Source of the DNA: Octopus bimaculoides
Lineage: Eukaryota
Assembly: GCF_001194135.2 (NCBI RefSeq)
Contig: NC_068991.1
Location: forward strand, 56,480,233-56,532,047
Direction of reading: 5' to 3'
DNA length: 51,815 bases
A program made the translations under genes and the position numbers. Numbering within the stretch: the first letter of the stretch is position 1; each line of letters begins with the position of its first letter. The notes beneath the pieces are model-generated. The model did not search any database. It was not told the origin of the DNA and worked only from the letters and a program-made list of their open reading frames with translations. Of this stretch, positions 11,368 to 24,382 are shown piece after piece.

Positions 11368-11696
11368 TGCATACAAAACATGAGACTGGAAACATTTTTT
11401 GATATTATTTATTCACCATTACACATGTTACATTTGCTAATAGGAGTACTTATTAGTTTTACTCTCCCCTCCAACTATCTATATTATTTTCTAATCACTA
11501 ACTAAATGTAAACGATTCATCCAAATATAAATTTAGCATTATTTGATTCTCTCTCTGAAGAATTTCTTATAGGAGATGTTTTGTATGTTTCTTTCGCATC
11601 TACGATTTTGTAACGCCTACTAGCAAAGAAAACATGTGTAATGTAATAGTGAAAGATAATAGCAAACACTTTTTTCCCAATCTATGTGTATATATA

Positions 11697-11740
<44 letters not shown>

Positions 11741-12010
11741 TGTATATATATATATATGTGTGTGTGTGTATTATGTATGTATTATATCTGTGTACATTTA
11801 ATATACAATGCTACTTGTGAGCTAAGGTCTCCCCGTAAAAGTATCTCTGATCTGTGCAAACTGTGTAATAAAGTGTTCTGATGATCTGAAAAGGTTCAGC
11901 ATCCGATAGCATATTGCACTTGGTGAAAAGTACATATGGAACAAAGAATGTAAACTGCATTGTGTATGCATCATAATTGTGGTCCTGCTATATATATATA
12001 TATATATATA

Positions 12011-12202
12011 GATTCAAGGCTTGAATATGGTACTTAAGCGAAGGCACCCGAATATCACATCCCAAAAGGATGGGTGATTAAAATCAAACAATAAGCAACA
12101 CGGATTTCAAAAGTGATTGCAGTACGCACGTTTCATGCTACTTCAATTTATTTAAGTAATGTGAGCATTACCTTAAATGCAATATGAAGAGCAATCTTCA
12201 GC
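12011..12202 (-). ncRNA. About 190-bp element inside (TA)n carrying a canonical-core hammerhead ribozyme fold
   Basis: Minus strand: TAG-CTGAAGA-TTGCTCTTCA..ATTTAAGGTAATG CTCA CATTACTTAAAT..TGAAGTAGCAT-GAAA-CGTGCG-TA-CTG. The core is CUGANGA/GAAA/UH, stem II is long, stem III is ACG/CGT, and (TA)n lies on both sides. Activity is untested. Confidence 0.65.
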
Positions 12203-12661
12203 TATATATATATATATATATATATATTAAAGCATGTGTGTTTGAAATGGTTTAACGAATGCATTCACACACTAGAAAAAAGATTCTTCCCCCAAAAAGG
12301 TTAGGAACATCCTCGTAAAAGATTTCATAACATAAAAAAAATAATTTAAAAAATCACGTTTTCACTTCAAATATATACATACGGACAAAGACACATATAT
12401 GTGTATATGTGTGTGTGTGTGTGTGTATGTGTAAGTGCTTGTGTGTGCGTGCCTATCTATCTATCTATTTTTCTGTCTCTGTGTCTCTCTTTCCGTCTCT
12501 CTGCGTCTCTCCCTTTCTATATATATGTATATATGTAGATTGTTTATGCATATGTGTATATATACACACAATCTATATATATATATATATATATATACAT
12601 ACACACACACACATACACACATAACACATACATATATACATACATACATACATACATACAG

Positions 12662-12714
<53 letters not shown>

Positions 12715-12772
12715 ACACATATATAACTAAAATAATTGGACTAAATATATTGTCATTCGATTGCCGAAAACG

Positions 12773-12810
<38 letters not shown>

Positions 12811-12869
12811 GAATAAATAAATAAAAAGCCAACATAAAAGGCAGTGATAACAAAGGAATAATTTAATAA

Positions 12870-13790
12870 CATCACAACAACAGATCTGATAAATCATGAT
12901 CGCAGAATCCCTATTAAGATCATTGCTGATAGAATTAAAGTAAAATATGCAATGGAAATAGCAGAGGAACAATTAGAATTCGAATTGGTACAGAAACGAG
13001 GGATTCAATTGTTAACCTTAATATGATCGTTGAGAATGTTAGAGAATACGAGGCAATATTATTTATCACTTTTATTGATTATCAAAAAGTTGTTTCGCAC
13101 AAATTACGGTCAGAGATGGCAGAAATGGGATTTCTTCAATATTTTATATATTTATTAAAATCATATTATTCCCAACAAACGTTAACTGTCAGAGTTCATG
13201 TGAGCTGCACTGACTTGTTTGAGATTGTGTGGTGGCGTGTACGACGGGAATTTATCTTTTCTCTTTTATTTTATATCAATGTAGAAAAGTGTAATGAAGA
13301 AGACCATCTAGAAGATTGAAAGAACGGTTAGAATCAGTAGAAGAATGGTCGGTAATCTCAGATATGATAATCATACTGTTCTTAATGCTAGTAACTTGGA
13401 AGAATTTTGGACTTTTATGAAGAAAGTGAAAGAAAAAAACGACGCTTCATTCATTAATTTTGACAAAATTGGTTCAATGATTATCTTTGGAACATATGTT
13501 TGAGATAATTCCATTATAATTGATAACCATATTGAGTTTCGCCGGTTTGGAAATATTAGAGTGCAATGCGATGACAGCTAGAATAGGAAGAGAATTGCAT
13601 TAGCAAAAATCTGTCTGCTGTTATCTCTTTAAATCGCATTTGGAAAAATCCATCTTTAAATGAAAAGACCAAGCTGGAATTGCCACCCGCTTTGATGTTT
13701 CTAACTGTATAGCACGGATGTGGAAACTGCACTCTTAAAATGCCAATAAAACAACGAGAGTTTCGACGTTAGAGAAGAATGCTGAACAGA
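12870..13790 (+). pseudogene. Decayed RTE-clade LINE reverse transcriptase fragment
   Basis: IKIIADRIKVKYAMEIAEEQ, IVENVREY..LFITFIDYQK, EMGFLQYFIYLLKSYY.QQ..TVR, GNLRYDNHTVL (about 13351-13383, YADD degenerate), KRIALAK and IWKN. Confidence 0.85.
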
Positions 13791-13840
13791 AAAAAAGAAA
13801 AACAACAAGAAACAAACTCATTATTTATTAAAACGAAGTC

Positions 13841-14053
13841 GGCGAGCTGGCAGAATCGTTAGCACGCCGGACAAAATGCTTAGCGTCACTTCGTCCGTCT
13901 TTTAGCTCTGAGTTCAAATTCCTCCGTGGTCGACTTTTCCATTCAGCCTTTCGGGGTCGATGAATTAAGTACCAGTTGAAAAGCGGGGTCGATGTAATCT
14001 AGAAATTCTTACCCTGCAAAATTCTTGTCTTGAGTCGATAACAGAAAGGATTA
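13841..14053 (+). mobile_element. SINE family A, full length
   Basis: GGCGAGCTGGCAGAATCGTTAGCACGCCGG (A box), CTGAGTTCAAATTCC (B box), CCTTTCGGGGTCGATGAATTAAGTACCAG and tail ...ACAGAAAGGATTA. Confidence 0.92.
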
Positions 14054-14324
14054 GTTGCTAAAACTATTTAGATCGAATACAGGTCTGGGCAGACCTGTAT
14101 TCTCTAAAACTTGATGCAGCTGAAAAAAATAGATAAAAAACAAAAAACAAAGCAGAACAAAATTACCATGGAGATTGGGAAATTTAAAAGGCTACAATAA
14201 CTAAAAGCATCAACAGCGAGTGATGGAGAAGAATCATCGAATGAGTCACTCACACGCCAAAAGTTTGTGGTTGTACATGATGAAGATAACGATGCTGATG
14301 ATGATGACGATGATAATGACGATA

Positions 14325-14363
<39 letters not shown>

Positions 14364-14904
14364 GTGATAGTAACGTTGGTAAGAAGCATCAAATCATATC
14401 TGACCTCCGTTAACCTGTATGTTACTTTCTAGGTATTTTAGAGAAGTAGTTTGTCTTTACTTTCCTCCATAGTTTAAGGCCTTGGATGACAGATTTTCAA
14501 CTGTTGCTTGATTTAACTTCACGACATTGTGCTTGATTCTCTTTCGATTAATCTATTCCGTTGTAAACTTTTGGTCTGAGCCCCAGTTTCAGGTTGACTT
14601 TTTTAATTTCCTCCAACGATGGCCCTGCCATAATAAGTAAATGAATAAATACATAAGCATGAACGCTGTCCATGCTTCTCTAACGTAACGGTATTTGCTG
14701 TTGTAGTTGCTGCTGCTGCTGCTAACGACGACAACGATGATGATGATGATGATCATCATCACCATCATGAACAAATACCGTTCATCTGAACAAAAACATG
14801 GCATACTTTTTGCATGGTTTTATCAATATCGGATTCATTTTAACAAGACAAAATACATAAACACACACGCACGCGCGCACGTGCACACACACATGCACAA
14901 ACGC

Positions 14905-15105
14905 ACACATTACTTATTTCAGTCATTGCACTACAGGCATGCTGTGGTTTCACCTTCAAGAGTTTAGTCGAACAGATTGTCCCCAGTACTCATTGCAACA
15001 GTCTGGAACTTATTCTGTCGGTTACTTGTTTCCGCACCAGTAATTTACGGAGACGTAAACCAATCAACACTGGTTGTCAAGAGGTAAAGAGGGACAAACA
15101 AAGGT
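14905..15105 (-). mobile_element. SINE family B, 3' half
   Basis: TTATTTCAGTCATTG...GTTTAGTCGAACAGATTGTCCCCAGTACT...GGAGACGTAAAC...CACTGGTTGTCAAG. Confidence 0.75.
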
Positions 15106-15374
15106 GCATACACGCTAGCACTGACCACTTACCAGTACACACACCATCTTTCCACACACCCACACATTACAGACGCACACACTTACATACGCACACATCC
15201 ATACGTCAAAGTCACCAGCGCCTATCCATACGCAAACACTTACACACTCTCACATACACATACGCACGTGCACCTTCATTTTGGGATTACCAGTACTTTA
15301 TTATTTCCCCTTCTTCCTAGCTCTCCTGTCCAACTACCTATGTCCAACCAGTCGCCATGATTGACCGCTAAATC

Positions 15375-15500
15375 CACAAGTTCTCTCTGTTTATTTCTTC
15401 GTGATCTTTTCTGTTGAAGATCGTAGGCTCGAAGTGTCAAACTAATACACCTGCTTGTTGTTTGTACACCTGTCTTCGTCTTTTGTTTTTCTGCAAATTT

Positions 15501-15507
<7 letters not shown>
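15375..15507 (+). mobile_element. Degenerate copy of the CUGUUGA hammerhead-bearing PLE-type element
   Basis: TCTTTT-CTGTTGA-AGATCGTAGGCTC-GAAGTGTC, then AAACTAATACACCTGCTTG...CACCTGTCTTCGTC, ending in (TA)n. Confidence 0.6.
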
Positions 15508-15537
<30 letters not shown>

Positions 15538-16792
15538 NNNNNNNNNNNNNNNNNNNNNNNNNNNNNNNNNNNNNNNNNNNNNNNNNNNNNNNNNNNNNNN
15601 NNNNNNNNNNNNNNNNNNNNNNNNNNNNNNNNNNNNNNNNNNNNNNNNNNNNNNNNNNNNNNNNNNNNNNNNNNNNNNNNNNNNNNNNNNNNNNNNNNNN
15701 NNNNNNNNNNNNNNNNNNNNNNNNNNNNNNNNNNNNNNNNNNNNNNNNNNNNNNNNNNNNNNNNNNNNNNNNNNNNNNNNNNNNNNNNNNNNNNNNNNNN
15801 NNNNNNNNNNNNNNNNNNNNNNNNNNNNNNNNNNNNNNNNNNNNNNNNNNNNNNNNNNNNNNNNNNNNNNNNNNNNNNNNNNNNNNNNNNNNNNNNNNNN
15901 NNNNNNNNNNNNNNNNNNNNNNNNNNNNNNNNNNNNNNNNNNNNNNNNNNNNNNNNNNNNNNNNNNNNNNNNNNNNNNNNNNNNNNNNNNNNNNNNNNNN
16001 NNNNNNNNNNNNNNNNNNNNNNNNNNNNNNNNNNNNNNNNNNNNNNNNNNNNNNNNNNNNNNNNNNNNNNNNNNNNNNNNNNNNNNNNNNNNNNNNNNNN
16101 NNNNNNNNNNNNNNNNNNNNNNNNNNNNNNNNNNNNNNNNNNNNNNNNNNNNNNNNNNNNNNNNNNNNNNNNNNNNNNNNNNNNNNNNNNNNNNNNNNNN
16201 NNNNNNNNNNNNNNNNNNNNNNNNNNNNNNNNNNNNNNNNNNNNNNNNNNNNNNNNNNNNNNNNNNNNNNNNNNNNNNNNNNNNNNNNNNNNNNNNNNNN
16301 NNNNNNNNNNNNNNNNNNNNNNNNNNNATATAATGAAGAAATATACACATTGCATTGAAATTTCTAAATGGATATCTCTGTTGTAAGTTTGTGCTTCTAA
16401 CAAGGGATTATCTCTGTTTTTAGGTTTTATACAAACAGTTTGTTACATTAGAAAGTGCTAAAACTTTAAATTTCTTTTCCGGACTCTTTATTTTCTTAAA
16501 CATGTGATGCAAAGTGTTCAATATATGAAGTTAGTCGGCTGCACACATTTATCTAGATATATGCTCATCTATTTTATCTATTAAGACAGCAGCCTGCATA
16601 TGTGTATGAGCACATCTATCTCTGGTGGTATGTTAGTGTATGTGTACGTGTCTGTGCTTGTGTGTGCGTGTGAGAGTTTATGCGTTTGTGCCTATGTGCA
16701 TGCATGTGTGTGCATGTATGCATGAATATCTGCAGGCATTGTGTGTGGATGAGTGTGTGTGTGTGTGTATATATACATACATCCACCCAGCT

Positions 16793-16878
<86 letters not shown>

Positions 16879-17116
16879 AATATATATATACACACACACA
16901 CACACGCACACACACACACACATATATGTATGTATGCATCTTTCTATATCTCTGTATACTCTCTGTGAGTATGTGTGTCTGTGTTTGTGTCTGTACATGC
17001 ATGCATACATACATACATAAATACATACATACGTACATACATGCAACATACATATATACATACATATTTTAATATGTATATCTATCTGTCTATCTATCAT
17101 CTATCTGTCTATCTAT

Positions 17117-17160
<44 letters not shown>

Positions 17161-17300
17161 ATATATATACACGCACGCATATATGTATATAGGTATTTGG
17201 GTGTGTGTGTATGTATGCTTATATCGGTGTACGTATATGTGTTTCCATATCTAATATATATATATATATATAAATGAGTATAAATTTGTATATGTGCATC

Positions 17301-17335
<35 letters not shown>

Positions 17336-17392
17336 CTGTACGTGTATGCATGTATACATATGAGTTAAGAGGAACCAGAAGAGACAACGAAA

Positions 17393-17430
<38 letters not shown>

Positions 17431-17741
17431 CGACGACGACGATGATGATGACGGTAGTGGTGGTAACGGTGGTGATGGTGGTGGTGGTGGGTAACATGAG
17501 TAGTGGAAAACATAGCCTTGTACGTTTTTAAGTTATTAAAAGCTTATATATGGAAATAACAACAGTTATATTGTACAAGAAATATACCATTAAAGACATT
17601 TTCTACGCTAGCCAGTATGTCGTCAAATCTTTACATGACGGCTTTATATATCTGACAGAACAGTCTTGCCTAAAAATACTCAATACATACACATGGACAC
17701 ATATAAATGTAAGAATGTCTGTGTGTGTGTGTATGTGTCTG

Positions 17742-17791
<50 letters not shown>

Positions 17792-18957
17792 CGTGTGTGT
17801 GTAAGCACACGCGTATATTCATAGATAAACACACAAACGCTCTTGTTTACGTTGCATATTATAATAAATAACTGGATGGAATAGAAAAGAAAAAAAAAAA
17901 AAAAGAAGCAGATGAGACAAAACTGAAGCAACTTTTTATCAATTAGTTGGTAAACAATAACAATATGTACATTTGTATGTATGTATATGCAATGAGTGAA
18001 CATATGCATATGTGTACTGTATGCATGCATTACATATATACATATATTGATAAATGTATAGATATGCATATATATANNNNNNNNNNNNNNNNNNNNNNNN
18101 NNNNNNNNNNNNNNNNNNNNNNNNNNNNNNNNNNNNNNNNNNNNNNNNNNNNNNNNNNNNNNNNNNNNNNNNNNNNNNNNNNNNNNNNNNNNNNNNNNNN
18201 NNNNNNNNNNNNNNNNNNNNNNNNNNNNNNNNNNNNNNNNNNNNNNNNNNNNNNNNNNNNNNNNNNNNNNNNNNNNNNNNNNNNNNNNNNNNNNNNNNNN
18301 NNNNNNNNNNNNNNNNNNNNNNNNNNNNNNNNNNNNNNNNNNNNNNNNNNNNNNNNNNNNNNNNNNNNNNNNNNNNNNNNNNNNNNNNNNNNNNNNNNNN
18401 NNNNNNNNNNNNNNNNNNNNNNNNNNNNNNNNNNNNNNNNNNNNNNNNNNNNNNNNNNNNNNNNNNNNNNNNNNNNNNNNNNNNNNNNNNNNNNNNNNNN
18501 NNNNNNNNNNNNNNNNNNNNNNNNNNNNNNNNNNNNNNNNNNNNNNNNNNNNNNNNNNNNNNNNNNNNNNNNNNNNNNNNNNNNNNNNNNNNNNNNNNNN
18601 NNNNNNNNNNNNNNNNNNNNNNNNNNNNNNNNNNNNNNNNNNNNNNNNNNNNNNNNNNNNNNNNNNNNNNNNNNNNNNNNNNNNNNNNNNNNNNNNNNNN
18701 NNNNNNNNNNNNNNNNNNNNNNNNNNNNNNNNNNNNNNNNNNNNNNNNNNNNNNNNNNNNNNNNNNNNNNNNNNNNNNNNNNNNNNNNNNNNNNNNNNNN
18801 NNNNNNNNNNNNNNNNNNNNNNNNNNNNNNNNNNNNNNNNNNTATATATATATATACATCTATGTGTGTGCGTATCTCTATCTATCAATCTATCTATCTA
18901 TCCATATATATATTTATACAGCCATAGACACACATTTACGTATATACATATGCACGT

Positions 18958-19040
<83 letters not shown>

Positions 19041-19347
19041 GCCCGATAATGGCTTAGTTGGCTAAAACTTCGAAGTCACTGTTAATATTATTGGTATTCA
19101 AGAATAATAAATTTGCAGTCTACCAAATGCCTTGAGTGGTCCTTCAGTTTAATGTAAGATTGTTTTTATTATAACATAAAAGGAAACACTAATGCATACA
19201 TAAATACACACGTACACACACACACGTACACATGTACATGGATATGTATATGTATGTATGCATGTCTGTATATCTGTCCTTTTATACCTGAACGTCCGTC
19301 TGTATGTATGTATTTAAGTATGCACATATATATATATATATATATAT

Positions 19348-19425
19348 GCACTGTGACGGACTAGCGTCCCGTTTAACAGGGGCAGTGTTGTAACTGCAGT
19401 CACTTATGCATCTTCAAACCGGGTT
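19348..19425 (+). mobile_element. SINE central-domain fragment (V-domain-like motif)
   Basis: GCACTGTGACGGACTAGCGTCCCGT...CAGGGG...AAACCGGG resembles the GCGATGGACTGGCG.CC.GTCCAGGG motif I recall from V-type SINEs. The name is tentative. Confidence 0.35.
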
Positions 19426-19829
19426 AATCTGCTGTCTTAAGTGTCCTCGGGCTCACGACAGTCCATGCATGTGAGATATATACACAGACAGAAGATATAT
19501 TTAACGAGTCGGGCTAATATCGTTATAATTCTATGCGCTTCTAAATCTAGTTGATCTTCAAATGGGTGCTCAGATGACAGAAGTGGTGGAGTGTCGCCCT
19601 TCACATTGATAATGTTTTGTTCCATTATTTCCTGTGTTGAAAATCTCTCCAGGTTCGTGTTCGTCTCTCAGAGTTCCGATGTTAATAATTTCCTAAGTAC
19701 CAGCTGTCTATTAAGTGTCATTCAACTGACTAAAGCATCTACATACCATACGTACGTACGTACATACATACATACATACATACATACATACATACTGTCT
19801 TCCAGATATCTTCCCGGTGGCTAAAACAG

Positions 19830-20375
19830 TCTGGAATAGGATAACATAAAAAGAAAAACCTTCTGACGAAGTTGACTATATCGAAAGCGATGGATAAGAA
19901 AAAAAAAATAGTGGTGGGACTTAAAAATTGAAACAGCCGTCAAGTTAAAGCACAACCGGCCGGACATTGCTACGCGGAACTTCAAGTAAAAAGGTGTTCT
20001 GTTGCAAAAATTAGCAGCTCTCTGGACACCAGTGTGGTTAGAAAAATACAGGAGAATGAGGACATCTACGGACCATTGATAAGGAGTTTTCAAATCCAAT
20101 ATTCAAGATACACTTTCAGTTTTATACCTATTATTACTATTGGAGCAACAGGATACACACAAGCATGTCTGGGGTAAAGTATGGTCGAACTTAGAATCTT
20201 AGGGAGAGAACGCAGATCCTTAATATTTACGCTACAAATGATCACGATATCTGGGACTAAAAAATCTGCAAGACTTTCTTAATATTTGAAGGATGACGAA
20301 TAAGACAAGATGCTTTCCTCTACAACCTTGCTACCAAGTAGGTGGCTGGTCAAAATCTATTCTAAATTGAAAAGA
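19830..20375 (+). pseudogene. R4/Dong-clade LINE 3' end (restriction-like endonuclease domain plus 3' UTR)
   Basis: WWDLKIETAVKLKHNRPDI (19912-19968), then after a frameshift ..DTSVVRKIQENEDIYGPL...FIPIITIGATG...ITISGT.KICKTFL. HNRPD and IGA.G are RLE hallmarks. Confidence 0.85.
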
Positions 20376-20468
20376 GACAGAGAACATACATACATATTCA
20401 TTCGCAAATTCATTTATACATAAATTCATATTCATTCGTACATTCATCTATCTATGTATACGTACATC

Positions 20469-20596
<128 letters not shown>

Positions 20597-20835
20597 GGAT
20601 ACGGACATTTTTGGACCATTGATACACTTTCAACTTAATACTCATTATTGGAGCAACAAGATACGTACCAATCCGCCTTAATTCATACACTAGAAATGCT
20701 CACGATATCTGGGACGATGACAATCTGCAAGACCTTCTTAAGATTTAAAGGACGACGAACAAAACAAGATGCGTTCCTTCACAATCTTACATCTAAGGTA
20801 GTGGTCGGTTTAAATTAACTCTAAATTAAAAAGAG
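20597..20835 (+). pseudogene. Second, internally deleted copy of the same R4-clade 3' end
   Basis: GGACCATTGATA, TTATTGGAGCAACAAGATAC, CACGATATCTGGGAC..AATCTGCAAGACC and the 3' UTR CAAGATGC..CTAAATTAAAAGAGA all parallel 20070-20375. Confidence 0.85.
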
Positions 20836-21147
20836 AAAAATAAAACATACATATATGCACTTTTTAAAAGTTATCACTACAGATTTTCTACAAAATTTAG
20901 AGCCAGTACTGAATGTTACGACGTTTCGTATACGAATACGTCTATGTAAACAATGCGATGAAAGATAGAAAATTAGCCAATGGGTGTATATGCATATTTC
21001 AGGAATTATTGCTCCGTTTTTAGCACCGCATCCAACCCATTAATCACCCACAGACACATGGTTTAAATACCCATTAAGCTTAGGGCTATCTGTTATTGGG
21101 ATAATAATAACAATAACAACAACAACAACAATGAAAATAATAATAAT

Positions 21148-21204
<57 letters not shown>

Positions 21205-21207
<3 letters not shown>

Positions 21208-21420
21208 TATTCAGACAAACACATAACAAAAACACCAGGACTTACAAATATATATAACATACAGAAAATTGCACTACTGGGTACTGCACACATTCTACGC
21301 AAAACACTTTCAATACAGTAAACATAAGAGCACCACAGCAAACCACAGCACATACCCAAGGCGCACAGAGCTGCGCTCGGTAGTGAAGTGAAAGTACGTT
21401 ATAAAAATAAAACTACTGAA
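21205..21420 (+). mobile_element. Dong/R4-type LINE extreme 3' fragment embedded in (TAA)n
   Basis: KYSDKHITKTPGLTNIYNIQKIALLGTAHILRKTLSIQ* (QK.ALLGTA.ILRK.L is the typical R4/Dong C-terminus) plus about 100 bp of 3' UTR. (TAA)n lies at 21103-21200 and 21420-21448. Confidence 0.85.
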
Positions 21421-21736
21421 TAATAATAATAATAACAATAATAATAATGGAACAACCTTCCCACGCGACGAGTGGTATGTAATAGTCTTTCCAAATATTG
21501 TCACGCCGAGCTGTCGGGGTAGTCGGTCATAGATAGTTGTGTCTTATTTGTCTAACTATACTGCAATTCCGGAGTGGAAGTTATAACAGACTGACGTTGG
21601 ATTACAACAGTGTCACACTACTGGAAAAACCGATTTACATATTAAACACATTCCTGGCAGATTGCTTGTAGGGACACCGCATTTCGTTATGCAACCACGA
21701 TATACGAAATACGGCGTCTCTACCAGTAATTATTGT

Positions 21737-22144
21737 TTTATTCTTTCACTTATTTCAGTCATTTTGGCTGCGGCCATGCTGGAGCACCACCTTTGGTTGA
21801 ACAAATCAACCCCAGGACTTATTCTTTGTAAGCCTAGTACTTATTCTGTCATTTTTTTTTCTTTTGCTGAACAGCGAAGTTATAGGAACGTAAACTCATC
21901 AACATCGGTTGTCAAGCGATGGTGGTGGGGGGGGGGACAAACATAGACTCACAAATGTACACACACACACACACACACACGATGGACTTCTTTCAGTGTC
22001 CGTCTACCAAATTCACTCACAAGGCTTTGGTCGGCCCGAAGCTATAGTAGAGGACACTTGCCCAAGGTGCCACGCAGTGAGACTGAACTCGGAACCATGT
22101 AGTTGAGAAGCAAGCTACTTACCGCACAACCACTCCTGCGCCTG
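21737..22144 (-). mobile_element. SINE family B, full length
   Basis: Minus head AGGCGCAGGAGTGGTTGTGCGGTAAGTAGCTTGC, GGTTCCGAGTTCAGTC, CORE-like GGCACCTTGGGCAAGTGTCC, internal (CA)n and a complete 3' tail. Confidence 0.95.
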
Positions 22145-22159
22145 TATATTTATGAATTC

Positions 22160-22662
<503 letters not shown>

Positions 22663-23947
22663 TACACACATACAAACACATACAAACACATACATATAAA
22701 TACATGCACACGTGTATTCATGCATTCACATGCATACATATATGGATACAGGCATACATACATGAATGCATGCACGCATACACACGTATGTATTAAAATT
22801 ATAGATCATCTGAACATGCAAAGATCAGTGCCTGTCGCTATATCCTTCTCCAATATTCACTTTGTCACTGCTATGGCATAAAAAGAATCCTCACCAACGG
22901 CTAAAGTCGTCGTCAAGCCGACTGGCTGGATTTTTACTTTGGAACTTATCTCACCCAATCTCTGTGATGCTTAATGGACTTAGAGTATGCGATTTCTAAC
23001 AACAAGAACAAGAACAACATCAGCGACAGCAACAACAACTAACTCATCTTAGTAAATTCGCTTTACTCATGGCTGGTCACCCTAAGGAAGCTGAATTTCG
23101 GTGTCCTTACTTGTAATAATTTAAACCGTTTTTGACGAGGAACGAAAACTGTAAATATAGAAATGAAATGGTTATTACAGTTTTCAAAAAAAATGTTTTA
23201 GTCAAGAAAGTAGGCCGAACTCAAAACTCTTCATAGAACCTCCGAGACTAGTCATAGGGTAAGGAAGGAAGCTATTCTTAAATAGTAGACCTGTCCTGAC
23301 AGCTTGCAACAGAGTCTGCTAAAAGCATCCTAGGTGCCAGCTGAAGGTGTTAAACCGAATGGAATAAATTTACCACTGAAATATGTCGCGGTGGGATTTG
23401 AACTCACACGCAAAAATTCGGAACATAAATAGTCTCATAGTTCAATTTGGCTTTCTTTCTGTCGACTCTTGGAGTAAATTTATTTAGATACAAGAAAAAA
23501 ATGTTTTCATGTATCTGGTATATGCTTTCATGTATCATGTATCCGGCAAATAAGGCAATATTAAATTTAAAAATCCATCTCTCTCTCTCTCTCTCTATAT
23601 ATATATGNNNNNNNNNNNNNNNNNNNNNNNNNNNNNNNNNNNNNNNNNNNNNNNNNNNNNNNNNNNNNNNNNNNNNNNNNNNNNNNNNNNNNNNNNNNNN
23701 NNNNNNNNNNNNNNNNNNNNNNNNNNNNNNNNNNNNNNNNNNNNNNNNNNNNNNNNNNNNNNNNNNNNNNNNNNNNNNNNNNNNNNNNNNNNNNNNNNNN
23801 NNNNNNNNNNNNNNNNNNNNNNNNNNNNNNNNNNNNNNNNNNNNNNNNNNNNNNNNNNNNNNNNNNNNNNNNNNNNNNNNNNNNNNNNNNNNNNNNNNNN
23901 NNNNNNNNNNNNNNNNNNNNNNNNNNNATACATATACATATACATAC

Positions 23948-24167
23948 AAAGCGGCGAACTAGCAGAAACGTTAGCACGCTGGGAAAAATGCTTAGCGGTA
24001 TTTCGTCTGTCTTTATGTTCTGAGTTCAAATTCCACCGAGGTCGACTTTGCCTTTCATCCTTTCGGTGGGGTCGATAAATTAAGTACCAGTTACGCACTG
24101 GGGTCGATGTAATCGACTGGCCGCTTCTCAAAAATTTCGAGCCTTGTGCTTAAAGCAGAAAAGAATA
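23948..24167 (+). mobile_element. SINE family A, full length
   Basis: GCGGCGAACTAGCAGAAACGTTAGCACG, CTGAGTTCAAATTCC and tail AAAATTTCGAGCCTTGTGCTTAAAGCAGAAAAG. Confidence 0.93.
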
Positions 24168-24218
24168 TACCACTTAATACACACACACATTATTGTTGTT
24201 GTTGTTGTTGTTTTCATT

Positions 24219-24382
24219 AAGGTGGCGAGATGGCAGAACTGTTAGTACGCCAGACAAAATGCTTAGCGGCTTCTCGTCCGTCTTTAAGTCCTGAGTTTAA
24301 ATTCCGACGCCGATGTCGACTTTGCCTTTCATCCTTTCGAGGTCAATAAAATAAGCAACGGCAGAACACTGGAATCGATGAT
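24219..24382 (+). mobile_element. SINE family A, 3'-truncated
   Basis: AAGGTGGCGAGATGGCAGAACTGTTAGTACGCC...GTCGACTTTGCCTTTCATCCTTTCG. Confidence 0.9.

Noticed and set aside
13841-13925. tRNA-like sequences with A and B boxes (many sites)
   Set aside because: They continue into shared SINE bodies and lack a complete cloverleaf, so they are SINE heads and not tRNA genes.
14205-14385. Acidic frame (ASDGEESSNES...poly-D) ending at a G|GTAAGA donor-like site
   Set aside because: There is no credible upstream acceptor or start, and the acidity derives mostly from a (GAT)n microsatellite.
19863-19895. CTGACGA...GAAA hammerhead-like words
   Set aside because: No stem II, stem III or UH triplet can be formed, and the site lies within the R4 endonuclease relic.
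20910-20955. Minus-strand GTAT/ATAC-GAAACGTC motif with a plausible stem I
   Set aside because: The CUGANGA core is not present (it reads ACAUAGAC). At best it is a heavily decayed copy, so it was not called.
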